Position numbers and translations under genes: made by a program. A stretch of DNA of 60,867 nt, from assembly GCA_012026655.1 (NCBI GenBank), contig JAAILG010001860.1, forward strand, positions 1-60,867, read 5' to 3'. Every line of letters begins with the position of its first letter. Position 1 is the stretch's first letter. Below the pieces are notes generated by a model. That model had not been told where the DNA came from. It saw nothing but the letters and a program-made list of their open reading frames with translations, and did no database searches. This stretch comes from Hydrolagus affinis. Lineage: Eukaryota. Positions 24,111 to 37,099 of the stretch are shown here, in pieces.

Positions 24111-26563
24111 GAGAATTAGAACTGCAACATTATAATGATATGCATCAAACCTTATGGTCTATTCAACTGAAGTGCTTCAATTAACTCATAAATGACTCAA
24201 AATGCAAACTTATTATTCAGTGAATGGAAGTCATTTATTCTCTCATAAAGCCGTCAGCTCTACCATACTCTGATATTTACTATAGGTTAGACACTTAGAC
24301 AACATCCCAGTCATTGAAAACATTAAATAAGAATAAATGGTCAGTTTGACAGCACTCCTAATCTTGAAATGTACCCACATCAACTCTCTTGCTCATTGAA
24401 ATCCTTTGAGAATAGAACATCCTTTATAGCAAAAATTCCAAATGATCATTAACTACTCGACATTTTGTCTCACAATTTAGAATATCATAATAATCCTTTG
24501 ATCGAATTGCAGTCTTTCTTGTTTAAGCCCTTTTCTATATTTATTGTTCTGTGTACAGTACACAAAAAAAACTCAATTTCTATTGAAAATGAATCATCTA
24601 AATATCTAACTGGCTCTCTTAACTACATTATAAAACCAATTTAAGTACCACGAAAATAGTAAAAATATGTTTCAGACACTCCCAAATAAAGCAGAAATGC
24701 TGGAAATGTATGCTAGGTCAATCAGCATTAAAGGAACAGAGGCTAATATCCTGCATTAGATATATTTTAATGAAGTTTCATATCCAAATGTCAACCTATA
24801 CTTCTCAGCAGGTGACTTTTTTTTATCCATTTTTGGATGGGGTTCCTTCACTGGCTTTAGAAATATGCTTGCTTAAACACAACTGTTTAAGCTGTTTCTG
24901 TTTCTTCATTCATTATTTGGTGTTACCATGTTAGCTTATTTGGGGTCACCAGAAATCTGATCCATGTGGAAACACCATGTCATGGCTAAATGGTTTACAG
25001 AGCCAAGGAATTAGAGTCTCTGAAGTGTGTGTTGGGGTTACTACTGGAAATGAACCAAGTAAAACAATATAGCTAGCCTTTATGCCAGCCACCTATTAGG
25101 CCCACCCAACCATAAGGCAATTTTATCAGGAGCCCAGCAGGAATCATCCTATTCCCTAGTGATATGTCACACTTTCCATGTCCATTGATGAACCAGATAG
25201 ACCAGCATACAATAGTCAGCAATGCTTTGAAATCTAGATTTTCAATAGTTAAATGGCAGCTACAGGAAGAAAATGCAACTGCGAGTAAAGCATAAAAAGT
25301 GAGCACATCTGAAAAGTGTCTAACATAAATTAGTGTAGTTCTTTCTGGCTCAATTTTTAGTTAGGTGGACTTGTACTAAACACTTCCACTGCTTTTTAAG
25401 CCTTCAAATTTTAGAAGGGGAGTTGCCTGATCGAAATACAGGTCAGTAAACATTTGCAGATTCAGGAGGGTAAGACCATTTTATCATAAAATGTTCACAA
25501 TTCTGCATGATGTTAAATTTTAAGGCAAATGATTTAACAGACAAAGCCGATGTTAATTCTTGACTTCATAAACTGAAATACAATTATTAAAAATTCAACA
25601 TGAACACCAGAGTGATACGGGCATTCTGTCTGATTAGAAAAACTGCAGTTTTCTGCTTGATAGTAAAAGTCTCTATTAGTGTACCAGACACGTTGTTTTG
25701 TTTTAAAGCAGCAACCGCTGCAAGATGCCAATTCAGTCATTAAACCTATCAAAATAAACATTGCTATATTTAATTATAGTCACGTAATCTTTGGTTACTT
25801 GCAGCTGCTTGGCTGAAATCTTACTGATTCTAGAATTGATAATAGGGCGGATTTACTGTCAGAATGTTTTGAAATGCCCGTAAAGATTTTAACATAGGGA
25901 AGTTTCCTATGGAGCTTCCACCCTCAACAATTCAACTTTCATCTCAACATTGTTCAATTGAAATGAATAGAAAAAGCACCAACAATATATCCCTTCCCAT
26001 TTTGATGGGGTTCCAGCAAAACATTTCAATGTTTAACATCTTATTCAATTTCCAACTGTCTGTATAATATTTTATTGAATAAAACAAAGCAATGTATTGT
26101 TTTTAAGTCTTATAGTGCCGCTGGATAGTATTTTACTCTGGACACCACTATTAATCATTTTTATGGAAACAGATTTACTGATATAGAAGCTTTTAGCTAT
26201 AATGAGGTCAGAAGAACAAAAGTTACTGCAGGTGGGAACAGTATGCAAATAGCTTCTCTTCCAAGAATTACATCAAAAACATCTGCAATCAGGTCAGATT
26301 AAAAGTATGCATGTACTGTATATGCACATCTATACATATCTGCACCATTGACTTTGACAATTCTTGCGAGTGCAGCATATTTCTAAGCAGTCACATTGCT
26401 TTCTTAGTATTTATAGTATGAGATGTTACCAAGTGCTGTGTACTGTACCTTTCCCACAACATTGGGAGTCAAAGTTTCATGCAGACAATAATCTTCCTTA
26501 CATTTGATACAGAACCTATAGTGTTGAAACATCTCAAAGTGCTTTACTTTAATTCCTGTAACT

Positions 26564-27114
26564 CAGTGACGTGCGGTGGGTAAAATGACAGGGTAGGCAC
26601 TTTGCCTTAGTCCATACGAGCTTTTGGAGGCGTGGCTTTAAGATGTCGTCATAAAGCTACGCCCCCGAAGGCAGCAGCAGACTCTGCTTATTTCACCCGT
26701 TACTGAGAATGAAAAAGGAACGCGCATGTGCATCGGAACTACATTTAACTCGATGGGTAAAAAAGGTACAGCGTCTCGCTGCTTTTATGACACTATCATA
26801 AGGCCACACCCCCAATAGCAGCAACAGACTCTGCTTATTTCACCCGTTACTGAAAATGAGAAAGGTACGTGCATACGCATTGGAACTATATTCAACTTGA
26901 TGGGTAAAAAAGGCACGGCGTCTCGCTGCTTTTCTATTGCTTTTAAGGTAGGCATATAAAATCGCAGGTAAATAATTTTGGTAGTTTCTACTAAAAATCA
27001 TTTGCATTATGCAAAACGTGCATTGTAAAAATATAAACCATTAAATAATCATATACAATTTAATGTTTTTATTTTCATAAGGTAGGCACTGCCTACCCTG
27101 CCTACACGTCCATG
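26564..27114. mobile_element. hAT-type non-autonomous element inserted in a SINE remnant
   Basis: Termini CAGTGACGTG / CACGTCCATG (imperfect TIR), 8-bp TSD CTGTAACT (26556-26563) / CTGTAATT (27115-27122), GGTAGGCA subterminal repeats and an internal 147-bp tandem duplication. Confidence 0.8.
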
Positions 27115-27849
27115 CTGTAATTGTATTTGTAAGCTAACTTATCAGCCAATATTCCACATTCAGAAGACAAAAGTCCAATTAACTAAATCGAAGTAATTAT
27201 TTTATTTTAGTTTTTATTCTTGATTTCCACCCAAAGCAATTTAATTTAATCTGACTATTTGCTTAATTCAATTTATATGACCTTTGAATAATTATAGAAA
27301 TATCAACACTGAAGAAGGCCATTCAGTTCTGTGTTGTGTTAGTTTCCCAACAGATAAAAATTCTAATTCAAAGTTAATCTTTTGTAAAAAAAAAAGAAAC
27401 ATGCACTTTATCATGTGATGAATTTTTTGTTCAGACAGTGGAGTGAAAATAGCAACATTTGACATATTAATTATCCTAAGTGATTCTTACATTGCTAATA
27501 AACCAAACCAATCATAATGTGACTGTCACATCCCCACCCCAACCACCCAAAAAAAATCACATTGGTTGAGCTGGAGGTTTTCACTCACGATCAATGTTTA
27601 ATTCTTTCAAATATGTGATAATTAGCCCATCAAACATTGCAATTTTCATCCCAATTCTAAATTGGAGAAATGCACCTCCTCATATTGTTTGCATGGAGTG
27701 TAGTTGGTCATTAACACACTGAAATGAAACATACCTTTCATGCTAGTTTTTGAGATGCATAAATTGAGGGCATTTCCTAGTTAAATTAGGCATATTAAAC
27801 ACCAAGCATTATCAGATGGATGCATATTCTTTGAAAAATCTATCTACCG

Positions 27850-28032
27850 GTATATAAAATATGTATATATATCTATATATATACATATATAGATAGACAG
27901 CTAGATCAAATGGACTGAAGAGCTTTCTTCATCCAAATTTATCAAGTTATATGTATGTTTCTGCAATTGTGTCCTCCTGATGTGGATGGCGCTGTATCAA
28001 ATCTATCTTCTATGTTTTATATATATATATAA
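27850..28032. repeat. (TA)n microsatellites flanking short duplicated segments
   Basis: TA runs at ~27851-27892 and ~28018-28031. 27903-27947 is identical to 28944-28988. Confidence 0.7.
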
Positions 28033-28374
28033 AGCCTTAGGTATGTTTCCGCAATTGTAACAATGAACTTCTAAAAGGAAAACAAAAACCAATACAGCTT
28101 AAAAAAACAAAGAAAAACAACCCAGTGATTATTGCTCACCCTTTTTTTGTAAAGAATGCATTATTTTTTAAACGTTTCAAAATAAACATGTTCAAAAACA
28201 ATAGGCCGTGTATCTTACGCAGGGGTACAGCTAGTTCACAATATTTGGTTAAAAAAATGAAGTTCCTGATCTCTTTAGATAGCTGCAATGATTGTGTGAG
28301 TTAGCAAGCCTGTTGAAATAATGACAAATAGAAACTCATAGCAATATTTAGCTGCATTTTTAATTGCAGTCTTA

Positions 28375-28521
28375 TAGGGTCCGTCGATATGGAAATTTTC
28401 CGATATCGATATATCGGTTTGCCCATACCGATATACCGATATAACGATATTTTTAAAATTCCGATATCAGCATATTGATATGAAAATTATATCGGATATA
28501 ACCGATATATCGATATATCTA
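28375..28521. mobile_element. hAT-like MITE with CGATAT repeats
   Basis: Starts TAGGGTCCGTCGATAT and ends ATATCTA (right TIR internally deleted relative to copy 1-145). Perfect 8-bp TSD CAGTCTTA at 28367-28374 and 28522-28529. Confidence 0.85.
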
Positions 28522-30019
28522 CAGTCTTAACTGTTGCCAGTTTACTCTTAGCAATGTTTTAAGGGTAACTCATCCATTAATAACACTTTAAATATTGTAA
28601 CAAGACTACTCTTTGGGAAAAGAGTTCTGACCATTGCTAACCCCTGCAAATTCTGATCATATTGCAGACAGGGTGACCAATCTGCTCCACTTGCCAAAAT
28701 ATTTTTTTCAGAAACAGATGCAGATGACACGATTCTGCCTGATGTGATTTTAAGGTGATGACTCTTTAACCTCTGAAAACAAAATTTGGAAACATAGAGA
28801 AAAATGTCAGAATGGAAGGACTCGACAAAACATTACAACCCATCTGAACACATTGGCAGTCTGTGTTTCTTCTTTTTGAGGTTGTCTGTTTTATTAATAC
28901 AGAGTAAATGGAAGGACAGTTGCCTTGGTACTCTGGAAATATGAGATCAAATGGACTGAAGAGCTTTCTTCATCCAAATTTATCAAGTCATATGTGCTCC
29001 TAGACCTGCACCGTCTGAAGGGTACTGTATAAATGCAAGTTGTTTTTCTTGTTATATACAGTATAAAGTGATTCATAACATCAGGACCCCTCTGGTAACC
29101 TGAGGATTTATTACTTCTGGAGCAAAGAGTCTATTCCACTTGTAATTCCATGGAGGTTTTCACAGGGCATATGTATCCCCTGTGTTGATTTTATTTTTTA
29201 TGAAAAATATTATAAACATAAAAGTAAATAGTCAAAATGAAACAACAGATTCAGTTTTAATTTCACTCATGGCAAGATCTGGATACAATACAATTTTGCC
29301 TGTGGCAGTTTTCAAACATATGGTTATTCTGCCAGTGAAAAATGCTGATATTATACTGCTGACCATGCATTCCATATTACATGTTGTTTATTTGTATTGT
29401 TATCTTCCTTCCTCACCTCCTATATTGTTATAGATCTCAGGTCGGTCATATCTTACAGCAAACCAATCTTTAAAAGAATGTCAAATTGACAATTGTTAGC
29501 ACAGTTATCCATTGTTTAACACAATTTTACTAATAATAGATTTTTTGTTATACGAAATTGGGATTTTTATATTTTTAGGACAATTACCTAATAAAATATA
29601 TTTGATGTCCTACACGATTTTCACTGTTATCGGTTTATACCGGAGTTTTTTTGTGGAAGTTGAGCTTGAATTTTAAATTTTAATTTCTCTACAATTTAAC
29701 ATGAAAAGTAAAATGCAAGAGAATGTATCTTAGCACACGATTCTACATTACTTTGAAAACAACAATGAGTCCTGGTGTATAAGAACAAATGTTCAAAATT
29801 TTCAAATTTGTTCAAATTCAGGTTCAAGTTGATGTCTCCCAAATAGCACTGTTGGGGAAAGTGAAAAGTGTTGAACAAATGCTCTGACCTATTATTTTGA
29901 GGAGTCAGGCTGTTCAAAGTAAAATTGTAGTGGATCTTTATGCAATTCTGAGAGAGCACATTGGAAGTTCTTCCAGCACATACAGTCATTATTCATATCA
30001 CTACCAGCATGGTTGCCAA

Positions 30020-31548
30020 ACAACTGTGTAAACCTAAGGTAAATAAACCTCAGGGACCGGATAAATTGCATCCGAGGATCCTCAAGGAACTAAGGGCAGA
30101 AGTTGCAGAAACGCTGGCACAAATCCTTCAAAATTCACTGAATATTAGAGTGGTGCTGAGGGACTGGAAGAAAGCAGATGTTACTCCTATTTTTAAGAAA
30201 GGTAACACAAGTGACCCAGGCAACTACAGACCAGTAAGTTTGATGTGCATTGTGGGTAAAATTATAGAGAATCTTATGAAGGTTAAAATCATGGAGCATC
30301 TGGGCAGAAATAAAATCATGAATTTATGAAGGGGAGATCTTGCCAATCTAATTTACTGAATTTCTCTGATGGTGTGACAAGGGAGCCTGATAGGATAAGG
30401 CTGTGGATATTGTATATCTGGATTTCAGTAAGGCCTTTGATACAGTTCTTCTTGAGAGGCTGGTACTGAAAGTAAAGGAAACAGGAATCATTGGAGATAT
30501 ATTACAATGGATGTGCAACTGATTCACCAGAGGAACCCAGAGGGAGGTGGTGCAGGGAATGTCATCAGACTGGGAAAATGTTACCAGTGGAATTCCACAA
30601 GGGTCTGTTTTGGAAGCTCTTTTGTTTTATATTTTTATAAATGATCTGGAACTAGGAGTTGCAAGCACAGTGGCTAAGTTTGCAGATGGCACCAAGTTAA
30701 TGTAGGTGGTAGATGGTGAAGATGAACAAGATAGATTACAGGAGGATTTGAACATATTTGAGAATTAGGCAGATCAGTAGCAGATTAAATTCGATGTGGA
30801 GAAATGTAAAGTACTTCAGATGGGGATAAAAACAAATCCTGGAAGGGAGTATTATTTGAATGAATGGAAGGAAAATAATATGTAGGGAAAATTAAAAGGA
30901 CCTGAGCGTCCTGATTGACAATAAATTCAAGCTCTCCCAACAATATTCTGTGGCAGCGAGTAAAGCAAGATGTTGGGATGTATCAAAAGATCAATAGGAA
31001 GCCAAAATAGTGAGGTAATCCTGTGTACAGTTCTGATCGCCACAGTACAAAAAAGATATTGGAAAAATCGAAAAGATACAGAAGAGGGCAATCAGAATGA
31101 TTGAAAGAATGGAAGGACTGGACTATGAGGAACGACTAAATAAATTGGGCATATTCTCACTGGAAAAAAGAAGATTGAGAGGCGACATGATTACTGTCTT
31201 TAAGATTCTAAAGGAACTAGACAATATAGATCATGACTGGCCGTTTCAACTTACCCAGAATAGTAATACTAGAGGACATAGCTTGCAATTGATTGGAGGT
31301 AAATTCAGAACAAATCCACGCCAACACTATTTCAGTAAGCGAATAGTGAACCTGTGGAACAAATTCACTTGGGAGACGTTTAATTATTGATTTTTTCAAA
31401 TGCAGATTAGATTTTTTTTCCAGGAAATAACATTATGGGATATAGTACATAGGTAGTTTGGGACATATGTTCATGCAACCGCCAAGAAGGTGGAAGGAGA
31501 ACCAGATGAGCCTAGGTCTTTTTTCATCTAGCATTTCATATGTTCTTT
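30020..31548 (+). mobile_element. 5'-truncated CR1 LINE (ORF2 RT domain to 3' tail), disrupted
   Basis: GPDKLHPRILKEL, DWKKADVTPIFKKG..DPGNYRPVSL, YLDFSKAFDTV, GIPQGSVL, FINDL, KFADG and FSLEKRRLRGDMITVFKI, with multiple stops and frameshifts. Confidence 0.95.
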
Positions 31549-31592
31549 TCCCAGCAACATTACATTTTGTTTCAATGTGCATTTCCTCTTAC

Positions 31593-31682
31593 CTCAGGAG
31601 GAGACATGTGCATGTTTGGTGGAAGTAGGGGGAAGAAAGATGATCTTTTCTTCTTCATTTCTGAAAATTTCGGCCATGAATA
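31593..31682 (-). other. Candidate 90-nt internal exon, gene unassigned (YSWPKFSEMKKKRSSFFPLLPPNMHMSPPE)
   Basis: Minus strand ttgttacag|TATTCATGG...CCTGAG|gtaaga. Only one frame is open, phase 0-0. Peptide not recognised. Confidence 0.25.
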
Positions 31683-31827
31683 CTGTAACAATTAAGTCAA
31701 TTTTTACTGGAGTCCTATCCCACCATTAGTTATTCAGATGAGCATCTGATGCACTGGACATTAATCCAGTTGTTCCATTATCACACGGCAACTTCATCAT
31801 CACACCCTTTCTAACTCTGGTTTTATT

Positions 31828-32130
31828 GGAGTCCTGCAGCTCAGTGGTTAGAGCACTCAACTTACAAGTGAGAGACCAGGGTTCGTTTCCAGGTAGGGCA
31901 AAACCATGTGAAAATTTCCTTACTCCACATGCATGATAATAATCCCTACAAAAAAATGATAATAAATTGGCCATTTCAATCCACGACTGTTTGTGAGGCA
32001 CTGCTGTGCACAATTACCACATTTTGTTCACTTATCAATTCACTTTAAGAGTATTCTGTGAAGCACTTTGAGGTGTCTAGAAGATGTGAAAAGCGCTATA
32101 GCAAATGCAAGGATTATTATTATTGTTATT
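31828..32130 (+). mobile_element. Full-length tRNA-derived SINE with L2-type tail
   Basis: Box A-like CAGCTCAGTGG, box B-like GGTTCGTTTCC, tail GCACTTTGAGGTGTC..GTGAAAAGCGCTATAGCAAATGCAAGG(ATT)n. Confidence 0.85.
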
Positions 32131-32686
32131 CGTAGTATTTTAAATCATTGTTTGGGGGTGGTAGTACTTAATTTACGGGGTTATTATTCCTGTGAAACAC
32201 GTTCTCAAAGGATTTAGTTGAGGGGGATGCGGAGGCATGAAAACCACACAGAAACTAATAACTTTGTAAATTTAAACACAATTTCACCTGTCCTCAAAAT
32301 ACTCTGGTTTAGTTGGACCACAGAAATGTGAGTTGCAGCCAGTATCTTGGATTTAATATGAATTGTTGCAGTAGCTGAGAATGCCAGTTTCGGAGTCAGA
32401 AAATCAATTCAGCCAGTTGTGGCTTGTTTACCTTGGATCCTTTACTTTAACTTGACATTTCTTTGCTTGTGCATCTACAGATGTTCTTCTGAAATACTGT
32501 CAACATTTACTTTAAGTAATGCATTATGGTATTACAAAAAACAATACAGCCTACTTACTCACTAATCAAAATAGCAGTTTGTAAATATCTTAAAAAATCA
32601 ATTTGCATTAATATTTCACAACATGAATGCACATATTAAAAACAATTTGATAGTCTGAAATACAAATAAAATTCCCTATATAAATA

Positions 32687-32897
32687 CAGTAAAAGCCCAT
32701 TTATCCAGCATTCTCGGCACCTGGCCAATGCTGGTTAAAGTGCCTGCCGGATATTCAGCCGAAAACGTTAAAAAAAAAAAAAATTCAATGCATTTTTCTG
32801 GATAAATTCCAGTTAATCGAATGCGGACCTTTTTTTTGCGATGCCGGTTATACGAAAGTTACAGTTGATCAGGTGCCGGATAAATGGACTTTTACTG
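32687..32897. mobile_element. Tigger/pogo-type MITE
   Basis: 24-bp TIRs CAGTAAAAGCCCATTTATCCAGCA / TGCCGGATAAATGGACTTTTACTG (22/24), with TA on both sides. Confidence 0.9.
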
Positions 32898-33989
32898 TAT
32901 CCAGTTCCAACAATAAAAAAATGCACTATGGGTCTTTGTAGATCATGCTACATTATTGCTTACAACAAACTCACATTGTATTTCTAAGAAAATCTGAAAA
33001 GCAATATAAGAAACATTAGAAAAACCTGCAAAATATTTTAAAATAATAAACTTATTCTGTTGAGGAAATGTAGAAAATTAGTAGTTATTATATATAATTC
33101 AGAATGATGTGAGGTTTTTAAGTCAAAATAACCCCCCCCCCACCCCACCCCACCACCACCCAATTTTGAAATATTATTTTTTTGGGGAAATTAGCAATTA
33201 ATTACAGTGCACTCTGTATAATTTCATGGAGTCAGAAATAGGCAGAATAGGCAGAAACCGTGGAATTACACAGACTATACAATTTCTCAAAATTCAGTAG
33301 TGGTGCCACCATCTTGTCGCTCCCCACAGTGCCTCTCTTCATCCATCCAGATCAGGTTGTTTTCCCATTGTTCACTGAGCTGCCTCTCCATATACAATTC
33401 ACACAGTCAATTCTTCAACCAATGCAATTATCCAAACTAATTATACAAATTAAATCCACTGGCTATCTTTATGCAATTAAGAGATATACATTTGAGTAGA
33501 GTTAAATGCCGTGCAAATTAATAAGTGAATTTTCAGTACCTAGACATTGCTGCACAATTAAATGGGGTATCCAATTGTCTAATATGCAATTAAATGGAGT
33601 AAATAGTACTATCATCAATATGACAAAAATTACCTGGGGGTGGAAGGTGGCCTTGAGAGAGGACCTACGAAGGTGTAAAATAGTTCAGTGGTATAGATAA
33701 GTGAACTTGGCGAAGCGATACATTATTCTTATGGGAGAGTATAATAGCGGACAAGATGACTGAAACAATCTTGGTAAAAATTAACAGATTAATTTGCAAT
33801 CTTCACAAAGGATTTGTAAATAACTAATCCTGCAGGAGCCCTCATCAATCTCATGAGATTGGCACTCAAGGGGAGTTCCAGACACATCTGGGTACCCAGT
33901 AGGATTCACTATTTACTGAACATTTTGTGGAAGTCACAAATAAGACCCCAGAAGTGTAATATTGTATAATATTACAGTAATTGTCAGTT

Positions 33990-34240
33990 TATATTGCCCT
34001 CCAGTGCAAGCTCAGTCAGTAGATAATATTTTGTGGGCAAAACGCGTCAGCCGATTGCACACAGCAGTGTCCCACAAAGAGTCATGGTTTGAAATGACCA
34101 ATTTATTATTGTTTTTTTTGAGGGTTTATTATTAGGTGTGTGGAGTAAGGAAACTTGCCCACTGTTTCGCACTTCCTGGACCTTGAACCCAGGTCTCTCA
34201 CTTGCATGGCGAGTGCTCTAACCACTGAGCTACATGATTC
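33990..34240 (-). mobile_element. tRNA-derived SINE lacking its tail
   Basis: Minus strand GTAGCTCAGTGGTTAGAGCACTCGCC..GACCTGGGTTCAAGGTCC; body matches 59537-59876. Confidence 0.8.
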
Positions 34241-34984
34241 CAGATACAAAGTTATTTAAGTAATTAAGAGACTGCAGGAAATCATAATACAATAATAACA
34301 GTGAATTCAATTTCTCAGAAGTGTTCAGACCTACCAAGGTCATGGGATATCTAATGCATTTCACATAGATAATTGTTAATGACTGATTATTAACATGCAG
34401 GAAGCAGACTTCAAGAGTAGAAGTGTTTTTTGTATAGTAGTGTTCAAGAACTGTATCAAGTAGTAACTTAGAAGTTGACTTAGTGATCATTGTATTTGTT
34501 TGACAATGTATTAAAGTCTACGACCAATAATCCAGAATTGCAGGGTTTTTGAAGAGCTCTCAGAAAGTTTTCTCTTTTCCCAGAGGCAGAATTTAAAGCA
34601 TCTTCTGGTATTTCATCCATTATTATTATTTGGTTCTGTTGTCATTCAAAGTCCACTGATGCACATTCAAGCGAAAGTCACTCAATAGTGAACAGAACCA
34701 TAAGCGATTTTCATTCACTTTCCTGAAAGAGGGTGCGCATCTAACCGTCATCTAACTGATACCAGCTTGGATCTTCAAGCTAACATTGAACCTGAGACCT
34801 CCTTGCCTGAATAACTTCACTACTCACTGTGCCATCAAGGAAGACCATTAGGAATATATTAATATTTTATGCAAATCACTCTGCGTTTTCCCTTCATATT
34901 TGAATTTCTAGTTGCCAGATGAGTATGGAGAGGCAATCATAGATCATAATAACATAAAAATCCTTGCATTATACATTAGGGAAA

Positions 34985-35120
34985 AGAATAAAAGAACACA
35001 GGTTCAAAATAATGAAGGGCAATTTCAGGATGGACAAAGGGAGATATTTCTTCACACAAAGGGTAATTATTGATGGAACAGGTTACCCGAAGGTTGTTTG
35101 AGAACAGGACCGTGGATCTT
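34985..35120 (+). mobile_element. CR1 3' fragment
   Basis: Translates roughly KGQFQD..RRYFFTQRVI..WNRLP, the CR1 ORF2 C-terminus. Confidence 0.55.
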
Positions 35121-35781
35121 TTTTTCCAACTGAACGTCTCTTGCAATGTTGTGAATATATCTTTGTATCAACCATCAGTAATACTCTCACCCAATTGCTA
35201 CGGCTTCTGAAGTGTGTCTTGTGGTAGAACTTCAGTCAATTTCTTAACTCACATAGGTTTGTCCTGTACTGACCTGGTCTGTATGTGAAAGCCTGTGACT
35301 GTTCCAATAATGTTAGCTGTCCTTAACAATTTCAATTTCAAAATGAAAAATAAAATGTGATTGGCAAAAGGAGAGGATATGGGCATTCTGATTTTATTAG
35401 ACATTTTGAAACCTTTATGAGCAGATCAATAAGGTTCAGCAACAATTTGCATTTATATTATGCCCTTCACATAGGATAATGAATGACTCTAAATAACTGA
35501 CAAGTTCAAAAGTTATCGAGACTGCTTTTATTTCACAGCGGACCTAACGCATAATTGAAAACATGCTCAAAGATGTCCAATTCAAAATACACATCTAAAA
35601 AAAATTACTTTTTCTTTCTGTACCCGCCCTTACATTTCATGATACAGACTTATTCTGAAGTAGCATTCCACAGGTGACTAATCCAAGCTATTCATGTATG
35701 TCTTCAGATCAGTTATTTGGGAAAAAATAAAAGAAGCAAAGCAAAGAAAAAAAGCCAATTCCAAAGTAATCCCACAGTGAT

Positions 35782-35860
35782 ACTGAAATAAAAACAGAAA
35801 TCGTTGGGAACACGCAGCTGGTCAGGCAGCATCTATGCAGAGAGGAAGATGAGGTAACGT
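35782..35860. mobile_element. Penelope-derived terminal repeat fragment
   Basis: CTGAAATAAAAACAGAAATCGTTGGGAACACGCAGCTGGTCAGGCAGCATCTATG matches the arms at 58379-58424 and 58870-58985. Confidence 0.7.
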
Positions 35861-37099
35861 CTATTAACGTTTGCCACTATAATGCTGTTGCTGGGATCCA
35901 ACACAACACAACCCACCTTATAAGCAAGGGCGCTAAACAAATGCTGCCAGTCAATGATTCAGGTTGAAGCCAAAAGCGCTATATCAGATGCTAGGATTAT
36001 TATTATTATCATCAGCAAAGTCACTGGGGTGCACTCTACAGTTGTCCAGGAAGCTAGCCAGAATGTAATGTACTGCATACCTGTGCTATTTTCACATGCA
36101 TAATCTTAACAATAAAATTACATTTTCATGTCGGGTGGACATCAGAAGGCGCTAAACATTTAGGGGTCAGGACCCAAGTATAGTGTGTGGAGATGAAGTA
36201 GTTTAACTTTCTACTGCAAGTTCATGTGGTTGTGTATGGTTGCAATGCATAACCTTCTAGCACTATCCTTTCTTGAAAGAGATTTGTATGCTTTGACATT
36301 GCAAAATACAACAACAACATATTTGTATAGTGCCTTTTGCATTGGGAGGACATCCTAAGGTGCTGATATCAGCAAGGCAGCACCATTTTCAATGGCATTA
36401 TAACTGACTTCGTCCATTAAACCATTGCCTTATTGAACACAATTTGTGGTACAGCAGAGAAATTCCTTGTGCACTAATTGAGAGTGGCACAATTGCAGAT
36501 AAGTAGGCTAGATAATTGGACATCACATGAAATACAAATTGGCTGCAGCTCTAATTAAAAAAAAGTTTCATTTGGAATTATACTATCCTTGCAGTACTGT
36601 ATTGTGCCAGTTCTCACTCCCTCTGATACAAACTTTCCCTCTCTTCTATCCAAACACATACTCTTTCTCTTTTCTGATATACTGCCTGTCTTTTTGATAT
36701 TCATACTCTATCTCTCTTTGTACAGTACATACTCTCTCTCTTTCAGAAAGACTCTCTTCCTGAAACACACATACTCTCTCCATTTCTACACCGATAGAAG
36801 CTGATGAACTGAGCAGCTGATCACATCCTCAATGTGGATGCTGCAATTGGGCTCCACAACAAATTATTCCACAACTAATTTATACTGTTTGTATTTGCAA
36901 TGAATCACGAAAACTGATTGAAGGCCCTTTAAGGCCACTACCAGCAGAGAGAGGAAATTTTGTTCTCATTAGGCTGAACCAGATGTTGTTCTGATCTCCA
37001 CTGTATCAGAACAAAACAGCAAAGTGAAGAGAACAGCATAAGTTTACAAAGATGACATGAGAGATGGCAAGTTACTACTATCAGAATAGGTTATTCCTT

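Noticed and set aside
29961-31390. ORFs 29961-30329 and 31097-31390 as genes
   Set aside because: They are fragments of one disrupted CR1 ORF2 with stops and frameshifts between them.
31828-31900. tRNA gene
   Set aside because: Box A/B are present, but the sequence continues into a SINE body and tail repeated elsewhere in the window.
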